NCBI RefSeq assembly: GCF_004376175.1 | Contig: NZ_SNUY01000093.1 | Span: forward strand, 1-10,529 | DNA: 10,529 nucleotides | From: Halalkalibacterium halodurans | GTDB lineage: Bacteria; Bacillota; Bacilli; Bacillales; Bacillaceae_D | Direction: 5' to 3' | Shown here: positions 1 to 6,285 of the stretch, piece after piece | Position numbering within the stretch: the first letter of the stretch is position 1 | Layout of the letters: every line of letters begins with the position of its first letter | Position numbers and translations under genes: made by a program | Notes under the pieces: model-generated | The model's input: the letters and a program-made list of their open reading frames with translations, nothing else | Databases searched by the model: none | Told to the model about the DNA's origin: nothing

Positions 1-33
1 ATAATTAATTTCCAGTTTTAAAAAATGAACATT

Positions 34-60
34 AAAAAATCCCACCTAAAATAGGAGGGA
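34..60 (-). terminator. Terminator-like hairpin with a T6 tail when read on the minus strand; orientation and function unclear
   Basis: Stem 40-48 (TCCCACCTA) pairs with 52-60 (TAGGAGGGA) with one A:A mismatch and a 3-nt loop. The A6 run at 34-39 becomes a T6 tail on the minus strand. No minus-strand gene lies upstream of it, because gerC starts at 146 on +. On the + strand the hairpin has no T tail. Confidence 0.3.
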
Positions 61-100
61 TGAAATAAATTGGTTTGAGGAAAATCCTTGAACCACAAAG

Positions 101-116
101 CTCGGCGAATGCCGAG
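101..116 (+). promoter_or_regulatory. Perfect 6-bp stem / 4-nt loop hairpin in the gerC leader
   Basis: CTCGGC-GAAT-GCCGAG, 30 nt upstream of the gerC start. No T run follows, so it is not a classical terminator. It may be a 5' UTR structure or a protein-binding site. Confidence 0.3.
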
Positions 117-145
117 AGTCTATAAAAATAGAAAGGAGGAATCGT

Positions 146-1339
146 GTGAAGCGAGTAAAGGGAGTGATGCTCATCATTCTGTCCCTTATAGCCCTTACTG
201 GGTGTTGGGACTACCGGGAATTAAACGAACTCGCATTTGTCCTTGCAATGGGGGTAGATAAAATACCGGATACAGGTGAATATCGTTTTTCGTTTCAACT
301 GGTAAACGCCCAAGAAATTGCCGGTGAGGCGGGAAAGAAAGCGCCCGTTGTTATATACAGCGGAAAGGGAGACACGTTATTTGAGGCCGTCCGGGAAGCG
401 TCAGAAAAGTCACCGCGGCGAATTAATTTTGAACATGTCCGTGATTTTATCATTGGTGAGGAATTAGCGAAGGAAGGGATTGAAGACGTATTTGAATTAA
501 TTGAACGGGATGCTGAACCGAGAATGACGACCCGGGTTTTTATCGCGAGAGGCATTGACGCAGAGACGATGTTGAAGACACGGACAACAGTCGAAATGAT
601 CCCGGCAAACTCGATCCTCGGAAAGTTAAAAATCTCATCACATGTGCTAGGTGAAGCCTATGAGGTTCAGATCGATGATGTCATTCGCGGGCTGCTAGTC
701 AAAGGCGGCGGTCCTGTCATAAGCGGGATTGACCATCTAGGCGATCCAGAAACAGGCCAGAAACGAATCAATGTGGACAATTCCGATCCGCCAGCACAGA
801 TGCATGTGAGTGGGATGGCTCTTTTCAAAGACGCCAAATTAGTCGGGTGGGTCAACAATGAGGAAGCCAAAGGGCTTTCTTGGATTAACCATGAAATGCA
901 AAGTACAATTATAAACCTAGACTGCGGAAAAAAGAAAGATGCGATCGCAATTGAACTTCTTCGTACCCGTACGAAAAAGGTAGGAGAGATACGCAATGGT
1001 CAACCAGTCGTCAAAGTGACCATTGAGCAGATCGGTGTTGTGGGTGAAGCATTGTGCCCGATCGACCTAAGCAAATCGGAAGAAATTCGTAAGTTAGAAC
1101 GCCAATTGGAAGAAGAAACGAGCAATCACGTAAAAGTGATGGTTGACAAAGCGAAGGAGCTTGAGACCGATGTCCTTGGCTTTGGTGAAGCGATTCTTCG
1201 CGCAGACCCTAAGACATGGCAACAAATGGAGAAAGAGTGGGATAAAATTTTCCCTACGATTGAAGTAGAAGTGAATGTAGAATCGGCCCTTAGACGAACA
1301 GGACAAGTGTCAAAGCCTTATTTATTAGAAATGGAATAG
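146..1339 (+). CDS. Spore germination receptor C subunit, Ger(x)C-family lipoprotein
   Basis: 397-aa ORF with GTG start at 146, 5 nt after AAAGGAGGA (132-140). The N-terminus has a signal peptide and lipobox LIALTG-C (Cys20 codon 203-205). It is followed by the GCWDxRELNELAxVxAxGVD motif typical of GerAC/GerKC-type proteins. Size is typical for the family. Confidence 0.9.
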   Translation: MKRVKGVMLIILSLIALTGCWDYRELNELAFVLAMGVDKIPDTGEYRFSFQLVNAQEIAGEAGKKAPVVIYSGKGDTLFEAVREASEKSPRRINFEHVRDFIIGEELAKEGIEDVFELIERDAEPRMTTRVFIARGIDAETMLKTRTTVEMIPANSILGKLKISSHVLGEAYEVQIDDVIRGLLVKGGGPVISGIDHLGDPETGQKRINVDNSDPPAQMHVSGMALFKDAKLVGWVNNEEAKGLSWINHEMQSTIINLDCGKKKDAIAIELLRTRTKKVGEIRNGQPVVKVTIEQIGVVGEALCPIDLSKSEEIRKLERQLEEETSNHVKVMVDKAKELETDVLGFGEAILRADPKTWQQMEKEWDKIFPTIEVEVNVESALRRTGQVSKPYLLEME

Positions 1340-1365
1340 GTGACAAGGAAGGGTGGTGGGGTAAA

Positions 1366-2466
1366 GTGGAAAATGCAAAAATTAGTCCAGGCCAATTGTT
1401 TGCCTTGCTCGTCCTCTTTAATTTAGGAACCGCAATTCTTCGTGTTCTCGCCATTGATGCCGAAAAAGATGCGTGGCTTGCGATCCTATTAGGAGCGATT
1501 GGAGGACTTTTCCTTTTTTACATCTATGTTTCCCTTTATCGCCAGTACCCTAACCTGCCGCTAACCGGGTATATGAGGGCGATTCTTGGGAAATGGATCG
1601 GTTGGCCGCTCGGTTTAATTTACGTTCTATTTTTTATTCATGGAGCGGCCCGCGACTTGCGAGAAGGAGGAGATTTGCTAGCGGCATCAGTACTAGATCA
1701 AACACCGCTTATTGTCCTTAATATCGTAATGATCTTTTCGATTGCGTATGTCTTGAATAAAGGGTTTGAAGTATTAGCTAGAACGGCACAAATCTTCTTT
1801 TCGATTTTTCTCATTTTCGCAGCGATTAGTGGACTCCTCTTATATTTTTCAGGAGTCATTGATATCAACCGCTTGCTCCCAGTCTTGGCGAAAGGGTGGG
1901 GGCCTGTGAATGAGACGACGTTAAAGCAGACGTTTCAGTTTCCCCACGAGGAAGTTATTTGTTTTGCCATGGTGCTCCCTTATTTAGCCAATAGGAAGAA
2001 AGGTATACGGGCTGGTTATTTGGCCGTCATTGTCAGTGTGCTGATTCTTGCTTACTCGACAGCGATGAATGTGGCAGTGCTCGGTGTGGATATTTCCGCA
2101 CGGGCCGTGTTCCCTTTATTGCATACGATCAGCTTGATTAACATTGGAGAATTCATCCAACGGCTCGATGTATTTGTCGTGTTAACACTCATCCTTGGTG
2201 ATTTTTATAAAACGGCCATTTTCTATTATGCCGTTGTCATTGCTGCTGCCGACGTTTTTCAAATTCAAGATCATAAAAAGCTTGTCAACTATGTTGGGCT
2301 CATCATTTTGTTTATTTCAATGATGCTGACAGGTAACTTTGCCGAGCAAATTGAAGAAGGGAACGTTTTGTTGGACACCTTCTTTTTAGCATTCGGTGGA
2401 ATTATTCCTTTTATTTTGTATGTGGTGGCTAAGCTACGGAAAACTTTTAGTTCTGCACGTACATAA
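1366..2466 (+). CDS. Spore germination receptor B subunit (Spore_permease / APC-superfamily-like integral membrane protein), paralog 1
   Basis: 366-aa polytopic hydrophobic ORF with GTG start at 1366 after AAGGAAGGGTGGTGGGG. It starts 26 nt after the gerC stop. The N-terminal KISPGQLFALLVLF motif and overall architecture match GerAB/GerKB-type proteins. Confidence 0.9.
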   Translation: MENAKISPGQLFALLVLFNLGTAILRVLAIDAEKDAWLAILLGAIGGLFLFYIYVSLYRQYPNLPLTGYMRAILGKWIGWPLGLIYVLFFIHGAARDLREGGDLLAASVLDQTPLIVLNIVMIFSIAYVLNKGFEVLARTAQIFFSIFLIFAAISGLLLYFSGVIDINRLLPVLAKGWGPVNETTLKQTFQFPHEEVICFAMVLPYLANRKKGIRAGYLAVIVSVLILAYSTAMNVAVLGVDISARAVFPLLHTISLINIGEFIQRLDVFVVLTLILGDFYKTAIFYYAVVIAAADVFQIQDHKKLVNYVGLIILFISMMLTGNFAEQIEEGNVLLDTFFLAFGGIIPFILYVVAKLRKTFSSART

Positions 2467-2503
2467 ACTAAGAAAGCGATAAGACGGAAAGGTGGTGAGA
2501 ACG

Positions 2504-3604
2504 GTGGGAGATATCAAAATAAGCCCAGGCCAACTATTTGCTTTAATTTTCTTGTTCAATATGGGTACAGCGTTAGTTGTCAGTTTAGGGATTATGGCAG
2601 AGAAGGACGCGTGGCTCGCGACTTTATTTGGAACGGTCACTGGTCTCCTTTTGTTTTTCGTTTACGTTGCCCTTTACCGACAGTACACGAATCTCCCCCT
2701 TTCCGGCTACATTATCGAGATTTTAGGTAAGCCGATTGGCTGGCCGTTAGCCTTACTTTATGCAATTTTTTTCATTTATGGGGCGGTGCGAGATGTCAGG
2801 GATGGTGGTGTGCTCCTCGTTATCTCGGTATTGGATCAAACACCGCTGATTGTCATCAATGCCGTTATGACATTGTCTGTTGCGTACGTTTTAAATAAAG
2901 GGATTGAAGTGCTAGGAAGAACAGCTCTTATCTTTTTAGGTATTTTGGTTCTTAGTGGTGTGGCAAGTAACCTGCTATTGTTCGTTTCTGGAGTGGTTGA
3001 CTTTACCCGTCTATTACCTGTGTTGGAGAGAGGCTGGGGGCCAGTGTTAGAAACGACACTCACCCATACGTATGAATTTCCGTTCAACGAAGTCATTTGT
3101 TTTACGATGGTCTTGCCATTGTTAAGCGAGATGAAACGGGGGATTCGATACGGTGTCATCGCGACACTCTTGAGCGGATTTGTTCTTAGCTTAACGACAG
3201 CGATGAATATTGCTGCACTTGGAATCGGTATTGCAGGCAGGGCAACGTTCCCTTTACTGCACACGATCAGTCTGGTGAATATCGGAGAGTTCATTCAGCG
3301 GTTGGATTTACTAGTCGTCCTCTCACTAATTATTGGAGACTTTTTTAAAATTGCCCTGTTTTACTATGCAGGGGTAAAGACGGCGGCGGATCTGTTTCAA
3401 ATAAGTGACCACCGTAAGCTGATTTATCCTGTGGGGTTGATTATTCTGTTCGTCTCGATGATGATTGCGGGGAATTTTGCAGAACATATAGAAGAAGGGA
3501 ACTTCGCACTGATTTCTGTTTTTCTTATCTTTGGCTCAGGCCTTCCGATCCTTATGTTGATCGTAAGCACGGTAAAGGGGAAATTTAGATCCAATTCCTC
3601 CTAG
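2504..3604 (+). CDS. Spore germination receptor B subunit, paralog 2 (tandem duplicate)
   Basis: The open frame begins at 2492 (370 aa). GTG at 2504 lies about 8 nt after GGAAAGGTGG and gives a 366-aa product. That product is exactly the length of paralog 1 and aligns to it from residue 1 without gaps. By my hand count, 226 of 366 residues are identical. Confidence 0.9.
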   Translation: MGDIKISPGQLFALIFLFNMGTALVVSLGIMAEKDAWLATLFGTVTGLLLFFVYVALYRQYTNLPLSGYIIEILGKPIGWPLALLYAIFFIYGAVRDVRDGGVLLVISVLDQTPLIVINAVMTLSVAYVLNKGIEVLGRTALIFLGILVLSGVASNLLLFVSGVVDFTRLLPVLERGWGPVLETTLTHTYEFPFNEVICFTMVLPLLSEMKRGIRYGVIATLLSGFVLSLTTAMNIAALGIGIAGRATFPLLHTISLVNIGEFIQRLDLLVVLSLIIGDFFKIALFYYAGVKTAADLFQISDHRKLIYPVGLIILFVSMMIAGNFAEHIEEGNFALISVFLIFGSGLPILMLIVSTVKGKFRSNSS

Positions 3605-3630
3605 CGAAAAGGCATTTTATCGCCACTTTT
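3604..3630 (+). terminator. Weak terminator-like hairpin at the end of the ger cluster
   Basis: GCGAAAA (3604-3610) pairs with TTTT(A)TCGC (3616-3623), giving 7 bp with a 1-nt bulge and a 5-nt loop, followed by CACTTTTG. It spans the 12-nt gap between the two convergent stop codons (3604 and 3617). The structure is marginal. Confidence 0.25.
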
Positions 3631-3901
3631 GAGCAAAATGAATCACGACTGGCTTTAAAAATACGTAAAGGGTAATAAGGATCACAATGACAACTTCTTC
3701 GACCATTAAAGCCCTGAACGTCATAATAATATTGCGAAACGAAACCGATAAAGGGATCGATACGAGCAGGTCCATGGTGATCACCATGAGGACACTAAGG
3801 AAAAAAGCAGTAAAAAAAGAAAAAATATGCGCATATTCAAAACCATCCCAATCACTGTCAAAGCTTCTTTCCTTAGTATGATTCTTTTCTGATGATCTCA
3901 T
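3617..3901 (-). CDS. Hypothetical small membrane protein (94 aa, two predicted hydrophobic helices)
   Basis: ATG start at 3901 and TAA stop at 3617. There are two long hydrophobic stretches (approx. AHIFSFFTAFFLSVLMVITMDLLVSIPL and VVIVILITLYVFLKPVVIHF) after a charged N-terminus. Codon choice looks like the neighbouring genes. Against it: there is no recognisable Shine-Dalgarno within 12 nt of the ATG (upstream reads CTCACCTGTA). Confidence 0.4.
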   Translation of the reverse strand: MRSSEKNHTKERSFDSDWDGFEYAHIFSFFTAFFLSVLMVITMDLLVSIPLSVSFRNIIMTFRALMVEEVVIVILITLYVFLKPVVIHFAQKWR

Positions 3902-4012
3902 TACAGGTGAGATGACTAGAGGGGAAAATCAAGTGAATGCTGAGCATTTTCGCTGTTACCCAGTGAGAGATATGCTAAGATTATGCCATGTGATAAGAAA
4001 GTAGGTGCGACT

Positions 4013-4738
4013 ATGCAAATTGACATATGGTCAGATTTTGTTTGTCCGTTTTGCTATATTGGCAAGCGTCGGTTGGAACAAGCGATTGGGCAACTCGCAG
4101 ACAGTGAGCAACAAACGATTGATGTTGTGTTCCGCAGCTTTGAACTTGATCCGAATGCTCCGCGAGAGAATCAAGTAACTGTATATGAGAGCTTGGCAAG
4201 GAAATATGGCATGTCCATTGAAAAAGCGAAGGAGATGACAGAACAAGTCAAGATACAAGCAGCAACCGTGGACTTGGCGTTTCAATTTGAACAAGCGAAA
4301 GAAACAAATACGTTCGATGCTCACCGGCTTGCTAAATTTGCAGATACCAAAGGTAAAGGAAAGGCGATGACGGAGCGATTGTTAAGTGCTTATTTTTGCG
4401 AATCACTCCCGATTGATAACCACGAAACGCTTGTGAAGTTAGCAGGTGAAGTGGGTCTTAACACGAGTGAGACACATGCTGTGTTAAAAAGTGAAGCCTT
4501 TTCCGATCAAGTACGTAGCGAGGAAGCAAAGGCCCAATCTTTGCAAGTCCGCGGCGTTCCATATTTTGTCATCAACCAAAAATACTCATTGTCGGGTGCC
4601 CAACCGACAGATGTATTTTCTCGTGCCCTGAAGCAAGTGCTAGACGAAGAAAAGCAGGAGTTGAAACCACTAGCAAATGAAGGGAAACAAGGGGCTGCAT
4701 GTAGTGATGGCAGCTGTGAGATCCCTAATGAATCGTAA
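4013..4738 (+). CDS. DsbA-family (FrnE-like) thiol:disulfide oxidoreductase, predicted cytoplasmic
   Basis: The N-terminus MQIDIWSDFVCPFCYIGKRR is characteristic of the FrnE/DsbA-like family, with CPFC at codons 4043-4054. No signal peptide or TM segment is present. The C-terminal tail carries C-SDGS-C (4700-4717). The open frame starts at 3983. ATG 4013, preceded by AAAGTAGGTG, puts CXXC at the family-typical residues 11-14. Confidence 0.85.
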   Translation: MQIDIWSDFVCPFCYIGKRRLEQAIGQLADSEQQTIDVVFRSFELDPNAPRENQVTVYESLARKYGMSIEKAKEMTEQVKIQAATVDLAFQFEQAKETNTFDAHRLAKFADTKGKGKAMTERLLSAYFCESLPIDNHETLVKLAGEVGLNTSETHAVLKSEAFSDQVRSEEAKAQSLQVRGVPYFVINQKYSLSGAQPTDVFSRALKQVLDEEKQELKPLANEGKQGAACSDGSCEIPNES

Positions 4739-4782
4739 ATGATTGTGACAGAAGATTGAAAGATGAAAAGGTTCTTCTAAAT

Positions 4783-4822
4783 ACTAGACTTCGTTCATAG
4801 ATTTAGGACAAGTCTAGTTTTT
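4783..4822 (+). promoter_or_regulatory. 9-bp perfect inverted repeat plus T5 run overlapping the spoIIP promoter/RBS region
   Basis: ACTAGACTT (4783-4791) and AAGTCTAGT (4810-4818) are separated by 18 nt. The repeat runs straight into TTTTT and then the GGAGGGG RBS. The loop contains CATAGATT (4796-4803), which matches 7 of 8 positions of the sigma-E -10 consensus CATACAHT. It also contains TAGGACAAGT (4804-4813), which fits the SpoIIID box WWRRACARNY. It could be a weak terminator for the upstream gene or an operator. Confidence 0.35.
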
Positions 4823-4832
4823 GGAGGGGCCT

Positions 4833-5966
4833 ATGTTTTTTGTTACGAGTTATTCCATCAGTGTTAAACGCTTAGTCACATGCATCGTTGCAACGATGGC
4901 ACTCATGATGGTCCTTGTCTCCTTCCTCGTATCGAACACTTATTTTCATTCGCAGAAAGTTCATAGAGGAATGGAGCTTGTTACAAGTGAAATGCTCCTG
5001 TCGATGATGGGAACAGAAAATCCGTATTTTACAACGGCTTTGCCGGAAGGGTATGAACCCCCTTCTATGGCAACGATCTCGTTTGAAATGGCGACAAGCA
5101 TTGAAATGGGGGACATTCGTTCACTGCTCGGACGAGAGTTGCCAGGTTTAGCTCTTTTTGATACACGAATCATCGTTGCAGGGGAAGGGACAAATCTTTC
5201 GAACATGCCTTTCGAATCACCGCCACCGATGGAAGTGTTGTTGGAAGAACGAGAAGCGGTCATGGAGTCTTCAGATGAAGAAGAAGCTGATACTGAATCT
5301 ACACCAGATACAGAGCGGCAAACGGACAGCACACGTGTGTTTATCCATCATACCCATAGCTGGGAATCGTTTTTGCCTCATTTGCCAGGTGTGGAAAACC
5401 CAAATCAAGCGACGCACAATGAGATGAATATTATTAAGGTAGGTGAACGCTTAGGGGATGCTCTTGAAAAACACGGAATTCAGGCGGCTGTTGACAAAAC
5501 CGATATGACCGCATTGCTTCATGAGCGCAATGTTCGTCCGAGTCGGGCGTATGAAGTATCACGAGAAATTGTTCAAGAAGCGATTGAGGAACACGACGAT
5601 CTTTCGTTTATATTTGACCTTCACAGAGACTCAGTGCGAAGGGATGGCACGACGGTTACCATTAACGGGAAAGAATATGCGCAAGTGTTGTTTGTCATCG
5701 GCGAATCCCATCCTGACTATGAGAAAAATTTAGAGCTTGCGACAAAACTGCATGAAAAAGTGGAAGAAAAATATCCAGGACTCAGTCGCGGTGTGTTTGG
5801 TCGGGATCGCTCAAGCGGAAATGGCGTCTACAATCAAGATCTCTCTGACCAATCGATCTTAATTGAATTTGGCGGTGTCGATAACCATATTGACGAGCTA
5901 AATCGTAGCGCCGACGCATTTGCCGAAGTGTTTGCTGATTATTTTTGGACATTGGAAGATGGATAA
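4833..5966 (+). CDS. spoIIP: Stage II sporulation protein P (SpoIIP-family engulfment cell-wall hydrolase)
   Basis: An N-terminal TM anchor (LVTCIVATMALMMVLVSFLV) is followed by an acidic linker. The C-terminal domain carries the SpoIIP-type motifs VFIHHTHSWESFLP, FDLHRD and ILIEFGG. The ORF track starts at TTG 4821. ATG 4833, 5 nt after GGAGG (4823-4827), is the more likely start. Confidence 0.9.
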   Translation: MFFVTSYSISVKRLVTCIVATMALMMVLVSFLVSNTYFHSQKVHRGMELVTSEMLLSMMGTENPYFTTALPEGYEPPSMATISFEMATSIEMGDIRSLLGRELPGLALFDTRIIVAGEGTNLSNMPFESPPPMEVLLEEREAVMESSDEEEADTESTPDTERQTDSTRVFIHHTHSWESFLPHLPGVENPNQATHNEMNIIKVGERLGDALEKHGIQAAVDKTDMTALLHERNVRPSRAYEVSREIVQEAIEEHDDLSFIFDLHRDSVRRDGTTVTINGKEYAQVLFVIGESHPDYEKNLELATKLHEKVEEKYPGLSRGVFGRDRSSGNGVYNQDLSDQSILIEFGGVDNHIDELNRSADAFAEVFADYFWTLEDG

Positions 5967-6107
5967 AAAGATGTAAAGAGTCTTGGACAAAAGGATTTTA
6001 GTCAAAGTATAATCCGAACTATGATTCAAAGCCTTAGGTAGAAAATGTAAGTAGAGAGAATGATCTCAAACGACAAAACTATTATTTACACTTTAATTAG
6101 CTATTAA

Positions 6108-6200
6108 AGTTTAAGGTTGCTGATTGAAGAGAAGGTAACTGACAATAAAGCCATTTTTAATGATGGAACGAAGGTGGAAGCCAACGTTAATAAGTTCACG
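6108..6200 (+). pseudogene. Relic fragment of an IS1182/IS5-like DDE transposase (first catalytic Asp region)
   Basis: The translation SLRLLIEEKVTDNKAIFNDGTKVEANVNKFT resembles the DGTK(I/V)EANANK(Y/F) block around the first catalytic Asp of IS1182-type transposases. The frame is closed by a stop at 6105-6107. The similarity is lost after about 6200. Confidence 0.5.
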
Positions 6201-6240
6201 GCCATAAACGCCGATCAAACAACAGACGATCCTCAGACAG

Positions 6241-6285
6241 AAAAAAGGTTCAGATCATTTTATTTTGATGATCCGAACCTTTTTC
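6241..6285. terminator. Bidirectional rho-independent terminator (serves the alpha-xylosidase gene on -, and probably spoIIP on +)
   Basis: A 12-bp stem pairs 6247-6258 (GGTTCAGATCAT) with 6268-6279 (ATGATCCGAACC), with one A:C mismatch and a 9-nt loop (7 nt if the T6259:G6267 wobble closes it). It is flanked by A6 (6241-6246) and T5 (6280-6284). It lies about 80 nt downstream of the minus-strand stop at 6366 and 275 nt downstream of the spoIIP stop. Confidence 0.75.

Noticed and set aside
60-68. Mini-ORFs with good RBS: AGGAGGG-ATG-AAA-TAA (60-68) and AAGGAG-N10-ATG AAA GAA TTT GAG GTT TGA (8833-8853)
   Set aside because: At two and six codons they are too short to evaluate and probably arise by chance in AT-rich spacers. 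The first RBS-like run is simply the right arm of the 40-60 hairpin.
61-145. Sigma-G/sigma-F promoter for the ger cluster (for example GAATG at 107-111 as a -35)
   Set aside because: No CAxxxTA-type -10 lies at the required 17-18 nt spacing. The A/T-rich CTATAAAAATA at 120-130 is at the wrong distance. I could not support a promoter call from sequence alone.
295-1306. Minus-strand ORFs 295-555, 667-996 and 1094-1306 inside gerC
   Set aside because: They lie entirely antisense to a well-supported CDS. Their translations are Ser/Arg/Pro-rich and low in complexity, with no motifs and no RBS. These are typical shadow ORFs.
2434-3294. Minus-strand ORFs 2434-2640 and 2836-3294 antisense to the gerB paralogs
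   Set aside because: They are shadow ORFs of strongly supported membrane-protein genes and have no independent signal.
3687-3881. Plus-strand 64-aa ORF overlapping the small membrane-protein ORF
   Set aside because: It has a passable AAGGA-N6-ATG. However, it uses codons that are rare in the surrounding genes (ATA ATA ATA in a row, three AGG, CTA) and encodes a basic, featureless peptide. The minus-strand frame has gene-like codon use and two clean TM helices. Neither frame is proven.
3983-4012. Longer N-terminal extensions suggested by the ORF track (3983 for the oxidoreductase, 4821 TTG for spoIIP, 2492 for gerB2)
   Set aside because: Internal starts at 4013, 4833 and 2504 have better-placed Shine-Dalgarno sequences. 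They give family-typical N-termini: CXXC at residues 11-14, an ATG after GGAGG, and equal length and alignment with the paralog.
4011-5733. ORFs 4011-4199(-), 4031-4324(-), 4961-5332(-), 5158-5427(+) and 5521-5733(+) overlapping the oxidoreductase and spoIIP genes
   Set aside because: They are out-of-frame or antisense overlaps with confidently identified genes, and I recognise no motifs in them.
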